DNA of 64,000 bases from a virus (Duplodnaviria > Caudoviricetes): the IMG/VR virus record IMGVR_UViG_3300021400_000131, positions 12,648 to 76,647 of that record; one strand, written 5' to 3'. A model generated the notes under the pieces. The model ran no database searches, had not been told where the DNA came from, and saw nothing but the letters and a program-made list of their open reading frames with translations. Numbering within the stretch: position 1 is the first letter of the stretch; each line of letters starts with the position of its first letter. This document shows positions 29,757 through 38,231 of this stretch, piece after piece. The translations under genes were made by a program, and so were the position numbers.

Positions 29757-30055
29757 CAGCCCTCCTCATCGTCCTCGTCGCATGCGTCCGAGTGCATGAG
29801 GGCCGTGACGGTCATGCGGTAGTCATCGCTAAAGCGTACAGCCTCGCTATTGTCGTAGCCGTAGTGCGCCTTGCAATACATGAACACGGCCTGCTTGGCG
29901 AGGGGGTCCATTGTGCCATTCTCGTTAAGCAGCTCCTCGCGCACGCCAAGACGGCGCATGTCGCGCAGAGCTGCGGCGATGTGAGTCTCGATTTCCGCGT
30001 CAGTCTCTTCGGACATGATGCGGAGATGCACGCGAGCCTCGTCAAGCAGGGCCAT
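29756..30055 (-). CDS. Head-tail connector (gp6/gp15-like)
   Basis: LLDEARVHLRI...AVFMYCKAHYG motif. Confidence 0.85.
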   Translation of the reverse strand: MALLDEARVHLRIMSEETDAEIETHIAAALRDMRRLGVREELLNENGTMDPLAKQAVFMYCKAHYGYDNSEAVRFSDDYRMTVTALMHSDACDEDDEEG

Positions 30056-30059
30056 GTGA

Positions 30060-30389
30060 TTACTCCTCTAGCAATGCGATGAGCTGTGCCTTCTTGGCAC
30101 CCTTGGGAACGTCGATGCCGCGCTCCTTGGCGAGTGTCTTGAGCGTCGCCACGGTGAGCTTGGAGAGGTCAACCTGCGGGTCTGCCACAGGCTCAGCCTC
30201 GTGCGTAGCCTCCTCGACGGGCGCTGGCTCCGGCTTCTCCTCGTCGATGGCCTCGAAGGTGATGTAGCCGGGAAGCTTCGCATCGATGTAGGCGGCTCGC
30301 TTCTCGGTGGCCTCGAACTGGTCGCCAACGTTGCGGTCGCACTTGGCAACGAAGTCCGCGAAGCGCCGCAATACGGTGACGAGAACCAT
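30060..30389 (-). CDS. Head-associated protein with C-terminal HeH/Rho-N domain
   Basis: DLSKLTVATLKTLAKERGIDVPKGAKKAQLIALL. Confidence 0.75.
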   Translation of the reverse strand: MVLVTVLRRFADFVAKCDRNVGDQFEATEKRAAYIDAKLPGYITFEAIDEEKPEPAPVEEATHEAEPVADPQVDLSKLTVATLKTLAKERGIDVPKGAKKAQLIALLEE

Positions 30390-31759
30390 TACGCGCCGAC
30401 CTTCTTCTTGAGGATGGCCCAGCCGTAGGGATAGACGGGACGGCCATCAAGGGCAGTCAGCACGCGGGTCTTTTCGGTGTTCGTCTCGTAGTCGGACCAC
30501 TGGACCGTGGAGAGCGGCATACCGGGCTGCGTGTTGATGACGTAGTTGTTCCAGTTGCCGAAGATGCCGATGACGTCGCCATCAGAGGCGGCATCGAAGC
30601 TCGGAAGCAGGGCGTCCTCGACAAGGTTGACGTTGCGGCCACGCAGCTTGTACACGGCCTCGTCGTTGAGAACGTCGGCCTTGCCCAGCGGGCGGTTGTT
30701 GTCATCGTGCAGCAGGTCGATGTGCATGCCCCAGGTGGAGTCGCCGAAGGTCCACTCGCCGCCGTCGCGGTACAGGCGGTTGAACACGGCGGTGTTGTAG
30801 AGCAGCGAGTGCCAGAACTTCCAGTCATCGACGTCCTCAGCGGTAACCTCGATGATCGCGGCACGCGGGGCGATGTAGCCAGACTGACCCTCGGTGCCCT
30901 GACCCACGATGCGCGGGTCAACGGTGAGGCCGAGCGGCTGGGTGGTGCCGTTACCACGGAGGATTGCGGCCTCGATTGCCTTGACCATAGACTTCGCCAG
31001 CGCGGGCGGGACCATAGCCTTGAGGTCATCGGTCAGGAGGGCCTGAGCGAGCATGGTGCGGGAGAAGCGGACCTCAAGCTGGTGCCAGCTGAAGCTGAAC
31101 GCGGTCGGGTCCTCTTCCTCGTTGTAGGGAGAGACGTGCTTATCGTCCTCAAGCCACGACGCGGTGAACTCAAGCTGGTTCTCGCGGTAGGTGATGGCAC
31201 CGGGGAGCGAGAGCTTCTGCACCTTGGAGTAGATGTTGCCGTACTCGTCGAGCGGCTGGATGATGCCGCCGATGAAGGAGTGCGGGAAGGCGATGGTGTT
31301 GGTCAGCGTGTTCACGAAGTCGCCAGTGGCAGAGAACTCGCCGTTGATGGCGTTGGTGATGTCGATGTTCGCACGCTGCTGCATCTCGTAGGGCATCGGG
31401 CGGCGGCGCAGGATGTGGTCTGCGAGGGCGCGACGGTACTCCTTGGTGTCGGTGAAGTGCTCAGGCTCGTTCATCGGCTGGATGCTGTGGCGGGTCTGCG
31501 GGACAGGCTCGCTCTGGGCGATGACCTTGCCAGCGCCGGACTTGACGGCATCGAGCTTGGAGCGCTGAAGGCGCGTCTCCGCGTTCTTGCGGCGAATGGC
31601 GTCCTCGGCATAGCCGACCTCGGCCTCAAGCATGTCGATGGTGACGTCCTCGGGAAGCTCCTCAGCGGCGAGCGCGTCATTGAGTAGGGACTGACGCTCC
31701 TCAAGAGCGTCGCGGTCGAGAGCACGGTACTCAGCCGCGCTCATGGGGGTGAACTCCAT
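30389..31759 (-). CDS. Major capsid protein (HK97 fold, N-terminal delta domain)
   Basis: Start MEFTPM at 31759 with RBS AGGAAAGGAG; ILRGNGTTQPLG motif; follows the protease. Confidence 0.9.
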   Translation of the reverse strand: MEFTPMSAAEYRALDRDALEERQSLLNDALAAEELPEDVTIDMLEAEVGYAEDAIRRKNAETRLQRSKLDAVKSGAGKVIAQSEPVPQTRHSIQPMNEPEHFTDTKEYRRALADHILRRRPMPYEMQQRANIDITNAINGEFSATGDFVNTLTNTIAFPHSFIGGIIQPLDEYGNIYSKVQKLSLPGAITYRENQLEFTASWLEDDKHVSPYNEEEDPTAFSFSWHQLEVRFSRTMLAQALLTDDLKAMVPPALAKSMVKAIEAAILRGNGTTQPLGLTVDPRIVGQGTEGQSGYIAPRAAIIEVTAEDVDDWKFWHSLLYNTAVFNRLYRDGGEWTFGDSTWGMHIDLLHDDNNRPLGKADVLNDEAVYKLRGRNVNLVEDALLPSFDAASDGDVIGIFGNWNNYVINTQPGMPLSTVQWSDYETNTEKTRVLTALDGRPVYPYGWAILKKKVGA

Positions 31760-31796
31760 AGCCCACTCCTTTCCTCTTTGGTTGTGATTGCTTTGG

Positions 31797-32423
31797 CTAC
31801 AGGAGGGAAAGCCCCTTGAGCCGTTCTGCAAGGGCGGACTTGCGCTCTTGCATCTCCTCGGCACGCCGCAGCACCTCCTGCTGCTTGCGCCTAGCCTCAA
31901 TCGCTCCGTCGAGGTAGGAACGTGCGCTTATCTCGGTGTTGGGGTTCGCAGGGATGCTCACCGCCGACACGTCGAATACCTTGCTGATTCTGGTGATGGT
32001 CGAGTGGATGGTCCCGTCCTCGTCCTCGTCCCAGTCGAAGCCGTCCTCGGCGATGACAAAGCCAAAGCTCATCTCGTCGATGAGGCCATTCTTGATGGAC
32101 TCGTAGAGGTCGCGTCCCTCGCGGCAACCGCCAAGGTACGCCTCGCACCACCCGCCGTGCTCGTCGATGCCGACGCTCAGCGAGTTGTTGCGCTGGCGTG
32201 CGAGTGGAGCGCCATCGTGGTTGAGCTGGAAGATCACGTCGCTCATGTTTGCCCCGTCGAGGGCGTGAGAGTCGACCGTCTCGTACCAGTCGGACATAAG
32301 CTCGTACTCCTGCCCGAACGTGGTGAAGTACCCCTTTACCTTGTAGGAGTCATCGCCGTCGACGGAGCGGAAGTTGTTGGCAGCGAAGGTACGGTACTGC
32401 CTGTCATTCGGAAGATATGGCAT
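31797..32423 (-). CDS. HK97-family prohead protease
   Basis: VKGYFTTF...QLNHD...MSFGF...DVSAVSIPANPNTEI. Confidence 0.92.
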   Translation of the reverse strand: MPYLPNDRQYRTFAANNFRSVDGDDSYKVKGYFTTFGQEYELMSDWYETVDSHALDGANMSDVIFQLNHDGAPLARQRNNSLSVGIDEHGGWCEAYLGGCREGRDLYESIKNGLIDEMSFGFVIAEDGFDWDEDEDGTIHSTITRISKVFDVSAVSIPANPNTEISARSYLDGAIEARRKQQEVLRRAEEMQERKSALAERLKGLSLL

Positions 32424-33717
32424 CGTCATCCTCCTCTGCGTCGTCAGATGAAGAAGGTCCGTCATCGTCTGACGGGCCTTCGTCTGTGTCTGTGTCTGTG
32501 TCTGTCTGCGAGCCGAGCGGGTGACCGCCGCTCGTCGCAACGATGTTGTTGTTCTCGTCGAGAAGGATGAACTCGCCGCGAAGGATGCGCATGTCCCCAC
32601 CGGGGATGTGCGGCATCTGTAGGATGTCGGCAGCTTGGTTGAACGACATCGCGGCGCGGTCCATCATCGACTCGATGACCTTGCGCTTGCTCTCCGGCGT
32701 GGCGTACTCAAGGTAGCTGGACGAGAACATGATGCGGTTGCCGTGGCGGCGCTGGATGGGAGTGATGAGCATCTTGGTAAGCTGCTCGCCCAGCATCAGC
32801 GCGAACGGCTCGATGCATCCCTCGTAGAACGCACCCCACTGCTCTTCCGTGTAGTCGTTCGTGAGGATGTGTTCGTTGATGCCGAAGTACGTGTAGAGCG
32901 CCTTGTCGATGCGGGCCATCTCGCCCTCGTCGATGGTGTAGCTCTGCTCCTTGATCTGCTGAATGGACTCCCACGTGTTGTCGTAGACCATCATGCCGCT
33001 GGTGTTGCGCGGCCCAAGGTTGGCCTCGCCGAACTTCTCGCGCTTCTTGTCCATCTGGTCCGGCTGCACCAGTCCGACCAGCTTGCCGATGAAGCGGATG
33101 CGTGCGCCGTTCTTCAGCGCCAGCTCCTCGGCCTGACGCTGCGCGTCCATGAGGCGGAGCGTCGATGTGAGCGGGATGTTCTTGCCGCCGAAGATGTCGC
33201 TGTAGAGCTGGAAGCGGGTGAGGATGCCGACTTGGTAGAAGCCGAACGCCTGAACCTCGCCGCTCGCAAGGTGGAACACGATGAACGGCTCACCCTCGTA
33301 CTCCACGACCTCGGCAGAAGTCGGCTTCAGAGGGTAGAGGCCAATCACCCGGTAGTCCCTGTCGAGCTGCGGAACGACGTATGCCGTGGTGTCCGTGTAC
33401 AGAATCGTCGCAAGGCGGCGAAGGAAGTCCGGCCACGTCATCTCGTCGTTGGGCCACGTCTCGAAGAGCCTCTGCACGCGCGGGTTGACGCTGGTTCCAC
33501 CCTCTGGCATCACGAACTCGGGCTTGAGCTTGGAGCACGACAAGGCGATGCGCTCGACGATGGCGCGTGTCTGCGCCTGCTCGTAGAGGGAGCCGTCGAA
33601 CGCGGAGAACGTCGGTGCCGTCTCCGTGAACGTCTGGAAGCCAGTTGTGGTGGTGAGGTTGGATTGCTGCGTCTGCCTGCGCCAAGAGGCGGGGACCAAT
33701 TTAGACAAGAATCCCAT
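32404..33717 (-). CDS. Portal protein (HK97 family)
   Basis: RAIVERIALSCSKL...WPNDEMTWPDF...; synteny terminase-portal-protease-capsid. Confidence 0.92.
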   Translation of the reverse strand: MGFLSKLVPASWRRQTQQSNLTTTTGFQTFTETAPTFSAFDGSLYEQAQTRAIVERIALSCSKLKPEFVMPEGGTSVNPRVQRLFETWPNDEMTWPDFLRRLATILYTDTTAYVVPQLDRDYRVIGLYPLKPTSAEVVEYEGEPFIVFHLASGEVQAFGFYQVGILTRFQLYSDIFGGKNIPLTSTLRLMDAQRQAEELALKNGARIRFIGKLVGLVQPDQMDKKREKFGEANLGPRNTSGMMVYDNTWESIQQIKEQSYTIDEGEMARIDKALYTYFGINEHILTNDYTEEQWGAFYEGCIEPFALMLGEQLTKMLITPIQRRHGNRIMFSSSYLEYATPESKRKVIESMMDRAAMSFNQAADILQMPHIPGGDMRILRGEFILLDENNNIVATSGGHPLGSQTDTDTDTDEGPSDDDGPSSSDDAEEDDDAISSE

Positions 33718-33753
33718 GACACACACTATATCTTGTATTAGCCGTAATGTCAA
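33718..33753 (-). promoter_or_regulatory. Near-consensus housekeeping-sigma promoter giving a leaderless portal mRNA
   Basis: TTGACA (33753-33748), 17 bp, TATAGT (33730-33725), 7 nt, ATG; no SD. Confidence 0.8.
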
Positions 33754-33779
33754 CCGTTAATTGGCACAATATATTGTGG
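33723..33779. promoter_or_regulatory. Tandem NrdR-box-like operators at the portal promoter
   Basis: acaCTATATCTTGtat (33723) and gcaCAATATATTGtgg (33764), 41 bp apart; match acaCwAtATaTwGtg. Confidence 0.7.
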
Positions 33780-33796
33780 TTATGCTAGAATGTAGG

Positions 33797-33985
33797 GAGT
33801 GAACCCCGGAAGCCTCTGGCTGACCTCCTCTCCCAGCCACGCGCAACTCTAGGGTGTTGTCGTGCCAGTGACGGCGCACAAGCTGGCACAGAGAGAAGCA
33901 GTGGGGCCTCAATCGCCTGTTGTGCCTACTCACCACTGCGCTAGAAGGGGACGGCGATCTCGGTTGCCGCCCCCTTTCTCTTCGC
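33797..33985 (+). ncRNA. Candidate sRNA between terL and portal
   Basis: Extended -10 TGcTAGAAT (33783-33791), three hairpins, GC terminator 33947-33974 followed by a U-rich tract. Confidence 0.55.
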
Positions 33986-34046
33986 TTCTTTCTTTTATAT
34001 TTTCTTTCTTCTCTTCTCTTTCCTCCCAGTTGCTACCCATACAGAC

Positions 34047-34105
34047 AGGAAAGAGAGTGAAATTCTAAGACCCATCCAAGTCTTAGAATTTCCTCTCTCT
34101 TTCCT
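34047..34105. terminator. Long inverted repeat downstream of terL
   Basis: AGGAAAGAGAG-T-GAAATTCTAAGAC / GTCTTAGAATTTC-CT-CTCTCTTTCCT, stem of about 24 bp. Confidence 0.65.
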
Positions 34106-34203
34106 ACTGTTAGGTATGTGCTGTGACTAGTACGTTGTACTTGCTTGTGAGAGGGCTGGTTTTCGACAGGGCGATGTTGAAACCTTGCGGCGCTGTTGAA
34201 AAG

Positions 34204-35934
34204 CTACCAGCCGATGGCCTGCATGTACTCCTCCTCGTTGCGCTTCAGGGCACCGTAGGCGCACAGCTCGGCCATGTAGCCATCGATGCGGTTCTGTGGG
34301 CGCAGCTCCTTCTTCTGTGGGAAGTAGTTGTCGTTGTTGTCCGCGCGGGCGTTGACGTTGGAGCGGCACCACTGAAGGACTGGGTTGTCATTGTCGATGA
34401 TGCGCTTGGCACGGAGGTCAAGGCGGTGCTCCTTCATGAGCGGGCTGATGACCTTGGCGTACTGCTCGACGGGGCGTGCCCTGCTCTCCCCCACGAGCCG
34501 CTGAAGCTCAAGCTCGGTGTGGTCATCGACGTGCCACTTGTCGTAGCCCACCGCGAACGGGTACACGCCCTCGTCCACAAGCTCGCGCAGCCACTCGATG
34601 ATGACCATCTGGTTGACCTTGTTGCCGGGGACGATGCGTATCAGCCCGTCAGCGGCCCACTGGTGGTACGGCACGCCGTCCCGCTCCTTGAAGGAGTTGC
34701 TGTTAATCTCAACCTGGTCCTCGGCAATCCAGAACATGGCTCGCTCGTAGATGTGGTCATCGTCTGGCTTCATGCACATCATGACGGCGGCATTGAGGTC
34801 GCCACGGTCAGCGAGGTCGAAGCCGACGATGCCGTAGCGGAACTGCGTGGCGTCGAACGTGTACGTCTCGCGGTTGACGCACTCCTCATAGGTGAGGAAC
34901 GATGCGTAGGAGTTGGACGGCAGGTTCATCTCCTTGGTCAGCAGCGACGGCATACGCGCCGGGGACTGCTGCGCCTTGCTCACGCGGTTGCGCAGGTAGT
35001 CCCACTCCTTCGTTATGCCCAATCCCGGTGAAGCCTTGGGCCACATGCGCTCGTCCCATACCTCGTCCCTGCTGTCCAACTCGTAGAGGAACGGGAGGAA
35101 GGTGTCATCCTCGATCTTGCCGTCAAGCCATCCGTAGGCGTACTTCTTGCGCTCGTCCCAGATGCCCTCGCGCACGTAGTTCTCGGTGCTGATGATGAAG
35201 AGCATCGGCGACTTGCGCGATGACATGGACTCGGTGAGCAGGTCGTAGGTTGCGCCGCCGTCCTCGCATGCGGCAAGCTCGTCAAGCACCGCGAAGCTCG
35301 TGTTGAGTCCGTCAAGCTTCTTGGAGTTGGAGCTGATGGTGCAGAGGTAGCTAAGCGTCTTGTCGTAGTTGAGGCCGGAGATTCCGCGCTTCTGCACCAT
35401 GCCGCGACGGATGCGCTTCTTGAGCTGCGGTGACATCTCGACCATGGAGTTTGTCGCGCCGTAGCACAGACGCGCCTGGCTCTCGGACGTCGCGCCGTTG
35501 TAGACCTCCGCACCTCCCTCGCCGTCGCTGGTGAGCATGTAGAGGTTGAGCGCGGCCAAGAGCGACGTCTTGCCCGACTTTCTCGCCCACTCTACCAGCA
35601 CTTCTCTGAACTGGCGTGCGTTGTCATCGTCCACGAAGCCGAAGGCCGTCTCGACAACGACGCGCTCGTAGGGAGCGAGCACGAACGGCTGGCCCATCTT
35701 CTTTGCGCTAGGGATGCGGCAGAACTTCTCGATGAAGCGCACGGGTCGCGTGGCGGCGTCGATGTCAAAGTGCCACTGCTTGTATCCATTGCTGAAGCGC
35801 GGCAGCATTATCTCAGCGAGCTTCTTTACATGGCGGCTCACGGTATAATTGCCGTCCATGCATCCAAGAAAGTACTGCTCAGCGTCGGAGCGTCCGTGCT
35901 CGTCAACGTAAACGAACGGCTCCCAGCTAGGCAT
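34204..35934 (-). CDS. terL: Terminase large subunit (cos/HK97-phi13 type)
   Basis: Walker A WARKSGKT, Walker B VLDE, nuclease GFDL...RIDG. Confidence 0.95.
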   Translation of the reverse strand: MPSWEPFVYVDEHGRSDAEQYFLGCMDGNYTVSRHVKKLAEIMLPRFSNGYKQWHFDIDAATRPVRFIEKFCRIPSAKKMGQPFVLAPYERVVVETAFGFVDDDNARQFREVLVEWARKSGKTSLLAALNLYMLTSDGEGGAEVYNGATSESQARLCYGATNSMVEMSPQLKKRIRRGMVQKRGISGLNYDKTLSYLCTISSNSKKLDGLNTSFAVLDELAACEDGGATYDLLTESMSSRKSPMLFIISTENYVREGIWDERKKYAYGWLDGKIEDDTFLPFLYELDSRDEVWDERMWPKASPGLGITKEWDYLRNRVSKAQQSPARMPSLLTKEMNLPSNSYASFLTYEECVNRETYTFDATQFRYGIVGFDLADRGDLNAAVMMCMKPDDDHIYERAMFWIAEDQVEINSNSFKERDGVPYHQWAADGLIRIVPGNKVNQMVIIEWLRELVDEGVYPFAVGYDKWHVDDHTELELQRLVGESRARPVEQYAKVISPLMKEHRLDLRAKRIIDNDNPVLQWCRSNVNARADNNDNYFPQKKELRPQNRIDGYMAELCAYGALKRNEEEYMQAIGW

Positions 35935-36277
35935 TGAAGGCATCGAACTCGTCCTCCTCCTCTGGTGCCGTGGCGTTCTTGGCGAACGATGACACCTTCT
36001 TGGCGAGGTCACCCAGTCGACCGATGGCCTTCTGGTAAGCCTTGAACTCGGCACGCTCGACGCGCTCGATGTGGCGGTTGTTGACGGTGCCGACCTCCTT
36101 CTCCTCCATGACGCCCTTCTCCTGTATTACGAGACGCAGCGCCTCGGTCATGGATGCGAGCGCGTCATACTCAGTGAGGAGATCGTCTAGCAGCGCCTTG
36201 TCAAAGCCCGTGAGTCCGTCCGACTCTCGGTGCAGGCGGTCAAGGCGCGGCGTGTCGTACTTCTTCTTTGTTGCCAT
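35927..36277 (-). CDS. terS: Terminase small subunit
   Basis: Overlaps the terL start; helical P27-like, ends EEDEFDAF. Confidence 0.8.
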   Translation of the reverse strand: MATKKKYDTPRLDRLHRESDGLTGFDKALLDDLLTEYDALASMTEALRLVIQEKGVMEEKEVGTVNNRHIERVERAEFKAYQKAIGRLGDLAKKVSSFAKNATAPEEEDEFDAFNA

Positions 36278-36350
36278 ACCTCTCCTTGCGACAGAAGGAG
36301 CCATCCCTACGTTTCCGCAGGTAGGCGACTCACTCGGTTGTGGGTCGAAG

Positions 36351-36692
36351 CTAGAGGTGTGGCGTTTCCTTCCTGATGACGCGCCCATGCTCGTCGAACG
36401 CGACGCGCATTTCGGTAGTGCCGCTGTGGACGAATGCGTGGCAGTCTTGGCAAAGGCGCTGGAAGTTCTCGTATGCGAGCGTCACTGACGGGTCATCAAT
36501 GTTGTCGGGGTTGAGGTGTACCTTGTGGTGAACGACCTTGGCTGGCGTGAGTTTGCCCTGCTCAAAGCACCGTTCGCACATGCCAGGGGGAACGATGCCC
36601 CACGGTGTGTCAATGGGGCGCTCCATATATGCCTTGCGGTTGTGAAGCCATGCTGGTGAGTGGTAGAAGCTCGTTGCGAACTTTCGTGACAT
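36351..36692 (-). CDS. Packaging-associated HNH endonuclease (HK97 gp74-like)
   Basis: CERC...VVHHKVHL...NFQRLCQDCHAFVH next to terS. Confidence 0.88.
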   Translation of the reverse strand: MSRKFATSFYHSPAWLHNRKAYMERPIDTPWGIVPPGMCERCFEQGKLTPAKVVHHKVHLNPDNIDDPSVTLAYENFQRLCQDCHAFVHSGTTEMRVAFDEHGRVIRKETPHL

Positions 36693-36711
36693 ACTCCCCC
36701 GCCATTCCTAT

Positions 36712-36758
36712 GCACTATATCTTGTGGTTTTCTCAAGTTTGCAAACTATATATTGTGG
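36712..36758. promoter_or_regulatory. Tandem NrdR-box-like operators upstream of HNH-terS-terL
   Basis: gcaCTATATCTTGtgg (36712) and aaaCTATATATTGtgg (36743), 31 bp apart; each contains a TATAGT -10 candidate on the minus strand. Confidence 0.75.
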
Positions 36759-36804
36759 TTTCCCTAACTATCCTACACAGGAAAACGAGAAATTTCAAAC
36801 TATC

Positions 36805-36885
36805 ACGCGCACCAAAAATTGACTGGGGGCGCCGGTCCCACTGGAAAGTTGCATGATTTATGCACTATGGGGGCGGTTAACCGTT
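36805..36885. other. Putative cos (cohesive-end) region
   Basis: GC-rich GGGGGCGCCGGTCCC (36825-36839) in AT-rich DNA upstream of HNH/terS; resembles 3'-cos sites of HK97-like phages. Confidence 0.4.
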
Positions 36886-37000
36886 TTAGCTTGCACACAA
36901 ACTTTCATACCCTACCTTTTCGGTGGGAATATGTTCCACAATTCCTAGCGTTTCGGTAGGTTTTAGTCTTTATTCCTACTGTATCAGTAGGGTTTTATTG

Positions 37001-37160
37001 TTAGGTACCTTATTGTTAGGTACCTTACCTTTAGGTACCTGATTGTTAGGTACCTTTTGATTAAAAAGACAATCGCTAGGTACCTGATTGTTAGGTACCT
37101 AGTAGTTAGGTACCTACTGATAGCAAATTATTTGCTAGGTACCTAGCAGTTAGGTACCTA
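37001..37160. repeat. 15-bp-period array of palindromic YTAGGTACCT
   Basis: Copies at 37001, 37016, 37031, 37046, 37076, 37091, 37106, 37135, 37150. Confidence 0.95.
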
Positions 37161-37509
37161 GCAATTGCCAATTTTGGCATGATTTATTTTTATGCAATGA
37201 CCAATGCATTTCTATGCAGTATTTTCTGCGTTATTCAATAATTCGGGCAATATCACGGCATTTTATGCGCTGTTTTGCATTGATTTTGAATTATGTATCC
37301 AATTCCTCATATTTCAGTAAGTCTAGGCACTACTACCCCACATTTGCGTTGAATGGCCTTAAATCGCCTTAGAATGGCCTTAAACGCGATTGTGTACATA
37401 GTGTGTACGTTTGAGTTAGGTTGACATTTAAACCTAACCATGCTATTTATCGCGCGCGCACGCGTTACCTATCGTTATTGGGTCGATATACCGAACACTA
37501 TGTATGTTA

Positions 37510-37563
37510 TTACTCACACTGTGCATTAATACTCACATTGTGTAATATTACTCACACTGTGCA
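37510..37563. repeat. Three 19-bp-period repeats TACTCACAYTGTGYA
   Basis: Copies at 37511, 37530, 37549. Confidence 0.9.
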
Positions 37564-37769
37564 ATATCTTTTCCGATTCTATTTTTCGTGCCTCAAATGG
37601 CAATTGTGTAGGAATTGTGTAGATAATCTGACGTCTACAAAACAAGGTAAAGATTTAACCTTAGTTAACACCACATTCTACCTGCTTAAATGCGACTCGA
37701 TCGAACGTTTCCGCAGGTCAAAGTGCCTGTTTTGCGTTTCCGCTGGTAGATGCCTATATCTTGTACACA

Positions 37770-38225
37770 AATAAACGTCTGAGCTGGGAATTTGATTATG
37801 TGGCGTTCAATTCGTATCTTTATAGCCAGCGACGGGGACACCCCGACGGCGAACCTTAAAATCGGATACCTGATGCACCCACGGGTGTATCGACAGCATA
37901 GCCTAACAAGCTCCCTAGCCGTGGGATTCTGACAGTGACAGTGTTGGCGCTCAAACACGGATATAGCAGCCACAAGCCGCAATACGGCTATGTTGCAAGT
38001 AGGTGAAAAGCCTACGTCTAAAAACATTTACTATCTTGCAAATGTTGTTTAGGCAACATGGGTGAGCATACGCCACTAGTGTCTGGAATTGAGTACGGAT
38101 GCAAGCGTTGGAATTGAGTACGGCGCGATAGGTGTGTGCCGCCTGTGTCGTGGGCACAGGACATGGTTCTGTACCCACAGCACAGGTGAATTGTGCCTGT
38201 AGGAAACAATCGCTAGAGAGAGGAA
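37770..38225 (+). ncRNA. Candidate large structured leader or ncRNA
   Basis: Many hairpins with plus-strand G:U pairs; no credible ORF; leads into the RBS of the first early gene. Confidence 0.4.
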
Positions 38226-38231
38226 GCAATC

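Noticed and set aside
32481-32510. (TGTGTC)n microsatellite
   Set aside because: Simply encodes the TDTDTD low-complexity portal tail.
33862-34068. 68-aa plus-strand ORF in the terL-portal gap
   Set aside because: Low-complexity translation of terminator and pyrimidine tracts; the region is better explained as sRNA and hairpins.
37001-37160. CRISPR array interpretation of the AGGTACCT repeats
   Set aside because: Units are 15 bp with 5-nt spacers and no cas genes; does not fit CRISPR geometry.
37421-37774. ORFs in the AT-rich control region (37421-37774 +, 37686-38027 -)
   Set aside because: Atypical codon usage, overlap repeat arrays, no RBS.
37690-38225. tRNA, tmRNA, group I/II intron or hammerhead ribozyme in the structured regions (also 6600-7165)
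   Set aside because: No T-loop GTTCRA cloverleaf, P7/S, domain V or CUGAUGA/GAAA cores could be identified by eye.
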